Shown here: one piece after another, positions 61,431 through 64,000 of the stretch
Layout of the letters: each line of letters starts with the position of its first letter
How positions within the stretch are numbered: the stretch's first letter is position 1
Assembly: GCA_013265495.1 (NCBI GenBank)
Contig: MU057416.1
Coordinates: 1,606,545-1,670,544 of the forward strand
Direction: 5' to 3'
Length of the DNA: 64,000 nucleotides
From: Vicugna vicugna
Taxonomy: Eukaryota
The notes under the pieces: model-generated
Database searches by the model: none
What the model saw: the letters and a program-made list of their open reading frames with translations, nothing else
What the model was told of the DNA's origin: nothing
Made by a program: the position numbers and the translations under genes

Positions 61431-63777
61431 CTGCCCTCCAAGCAGCTCTGACTCCTGTCCGGCCCCAGGGTCGGGGTGCCCTTCTCCGGAGAAGAGGTTG
61501 AGTGAAGCCCCCTGGCTTGACCCCCGAATCGGGTGTCCGCACTTCACAGAGCTACTCACCAGCCTGCGGCCCAGCCTGCGCCCTCGGGAGGGTTCTGGCG
61601 ACAGAGGCGGAGGCCCGGGCAGTGCCCCTCCTGCACCTGCCCCACCGCAGGATGTGGTCAGGAGAGGATGCAGGGCCTCCGCTCGAGTCACCCTGGAGTT
61701 TCCCAAGAGCTGGCGAGGGCATCGACAGGGCACCGTCGGGCCTCAGAATCACCGCGCTCTGCCTGTCTGCCCTGGAGCAGGGGAAGGGAGGGGTTGGGCC
61801 AGGAGCCTCACCCTCCACTGGGCCCCAGGGCCAGAGGAGTCGAGTCCCAGGGACCAGGGCAGGGAAAGCCCCCTCCACTGGGGGGGGGCTGGTGTTCAGC
61901 GTGCAGACAGGCCACTGCCCAGCCACCAGAAGTCCATCTGCTGGCCCTTCAGCCAAAGGGAAGGAGAGGGGGTGACCAGACCGGGGCTTGGTGGTCTCTC
62001 CCGAGCTGCACCCTCCCTCCATTCCCTCTGCAGTGAGCCAGTCAGTTCCCAGAGGGACTCAGCTTCTGCTCCCAGGACACCTGCTTCCAAGCCCAGTGTC
62101 TTCAGATGCCTGGGGCCTCCTGCCCAAGCCAGTTCCAGCTCTGGGCTCCGTGAGGCTGCCGGACTTGGAGCAGCACCTCACACGACAGCCCAAGGGACCT
62201 AGACATGTTTTGCCTGATTCAGTTGAATTTGTAGTAAAGTAACCGAAGGTGTAACAATCAGATTTCACATGAAAAACCTGAATTTCCAGGTTTTGTTTTT
62301 AAAATAGAAGCCCTCCACCCTAGAAAATAAACAAATAAAAATTAAAAAATAAATAAAATAGAACCCTTTTTCTTGTGGCCACATTTGCAGTGACAGCCCC
62401 CTTGAGACAGAGCCTGAGTCTTAGGATTTGCCATGGTCTCCACCAGCCCCTCCATGCTCACCCCATGCACTGCACACACGGAGGCCGGGTAGAGGCTGCC
62501 GTGACCGGGCTGGAATAGACCCTAGAACTCTTGTGCCTTCACTTGCCCTGCCTGGTCCCTTTAAGTGTCTGAAGCTTCAGCCACAGGTCAAGGCTGTGGA
62601 ATCGGAAAGGTCTACCTTCCAATCCCACATTAGTCCCTGCTTATGTGCTTTTATCCCAATTATTTGCTTCTGCAGGCCTCAGTTTCCTTATCTGTAAAGA
62701 AGATAACAGTATTGCTACAAAGCTCAACCTACAAACTCAGTTTCACAAGACACATGTTACTTTCTTTTAAATCAGTTTGATTCTGTCCTGGGCCTGCTGG
62801 GATGGCAAAAAATTATTTTCTCATGTAGAATTCTGGAAGGCTTGGGGGCCCAGAAAGCAGGGCTTCTCTCTAGGGCTGCCATCCTAGTTGCTCTGGCCCC
62901 CAGGGGTCTCTTGTAGGCAGGGCTCCTGCCTCCTGGACACGTGTGATGCCAGAATCTGGGGCCGAAACCTGGGGCCCTGCTCCCCTCTCCCATCCCTGCT
63001 GAGGCCTTGCCCCTCCCGAGGCCACAGGAAGTGGTGCGGGGTCCTGGCTGCCCAGGGCACCCACCATCTTCTCTCCCGTTCCTGGTCCACCTCACCTCTG
63101 TTTCCAGGCCCTCAAAAACCACATTCCTGCCCTTGCCCCTCAGGACTGACCCCAGCATTGTCTCAGTGGACTCTGGGCTGAGGCCTACAGGAAGCCGCTG
63201 CCTCCCAACCAGAGGAATGGTAGGGGTGAGTGGGAGGGGGAAGGGACAGAAATCAATATTTCAGTCAATTATTCAATTGCATGAAAAAGAGTAATGCTTA
63301 CCTTCAAAGGTACTTTATGCTCTGTCCACCCCTTAAGTGTTCCCAGAAGTTCCTTTCTTGGTCCTATCTCCTTCTGCACACCCTTCTTGGGTGACCTCAC
63401 CCAGTCCCTGAGCCTTAGCTCTGCTGTCACTCCCAAACCCTTCCTCCAGCCAGACACCCATGTCCTAAAGTGAACACACCTCACCCTGGACTCAAGCCAG
63501 AGACCCAGGAAGCACCTCCCCTTCCTCTCTGCCCTGTCTTCAGTCACTTTCAGAGCCAGGCCAGGTCTTCCTCCCAGATAACTCTTCATGCCTCTGCCCC
63601 CTCCCTCCCCTCCAGCCCGAATGCCACGTGAATTCAGGCTCTGTCACTGCTGGCCAGGATTACTGTCTCTCCTTGGTCCCCCTGTTTCTCAGCTCTCCCC
63701 CTCCAATAGCTCACACACCCACGTGGCCGAAAGGTGGAGTCTGCCCAAGTTGTTCCTGGATGCGGTCTTCATCATTC

Positions 63778-64000
63778 GATGGTTAATTTAATGTGTCGAC
63801 TTGGTTAGGCCATAGTACCCAGTGTTTGGTCAAATGTTATTCCAGATGTTTCTGTGAAGGTTTGTTTGTGAGGTTTTTTTTTTTGATGATGATGAAATTA
63901 ACATTTAAATAAAGAGTAGACTCTGAGTGAAGGAGATAACCTTTCAGAATGTGAGTGGGCCACATCCAATCAGTTGAAGACCTGAATAAAAGAAAAAAAC
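63778..64000 (+). mobile_element. ERVL MLT2-type LTR (runs off the window end)
   Basis: gatggttaatttaatgtgtcgacttgg...tttggtcaaa...attaacatttaaat...atccaatcagttgaag. Confidence 0.8.

Overview
Mammalian genomic DNA, most likely camelid judging by its tRNA-derived SINE family. The window holds the last 16 coding exons of CAMSAP2 on the + strand (4868-37777; 4041 nt spliced, 1346 aa plus stop; the start of the gene lies upstream) and its roughly 2.5 kb 3' UTR. It then holds the intronless, CpG-island GPCR gene GPR25 (49388-50494, +) and a GC-box/CTCF promoter-like element near 61 kb that by synteny may belong to INAVA. Introns and intergenic DNA carry L1, L2, MIR, MLT-type LTR and SINE remnants. 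I found no new multi-gene system. The best leads are splicing and evolution features: (1) an in-frame alternative 3' splice site in CAMSAP2 that now contains a stop codon; (2) a G-rich minisatellite with a 74-bp higher-order period directly behind a weak splice donor; (3) a 33-nt microexon; (4) a possible recursive-splicing exon; (5) a SINE-L1 chimeric insertion; (6) Arg/Pro residues in GPR25 TM4; and (7) a strong regional GC/CpG shift. Comparisons with human orthologues are from memory, not from an alignment.
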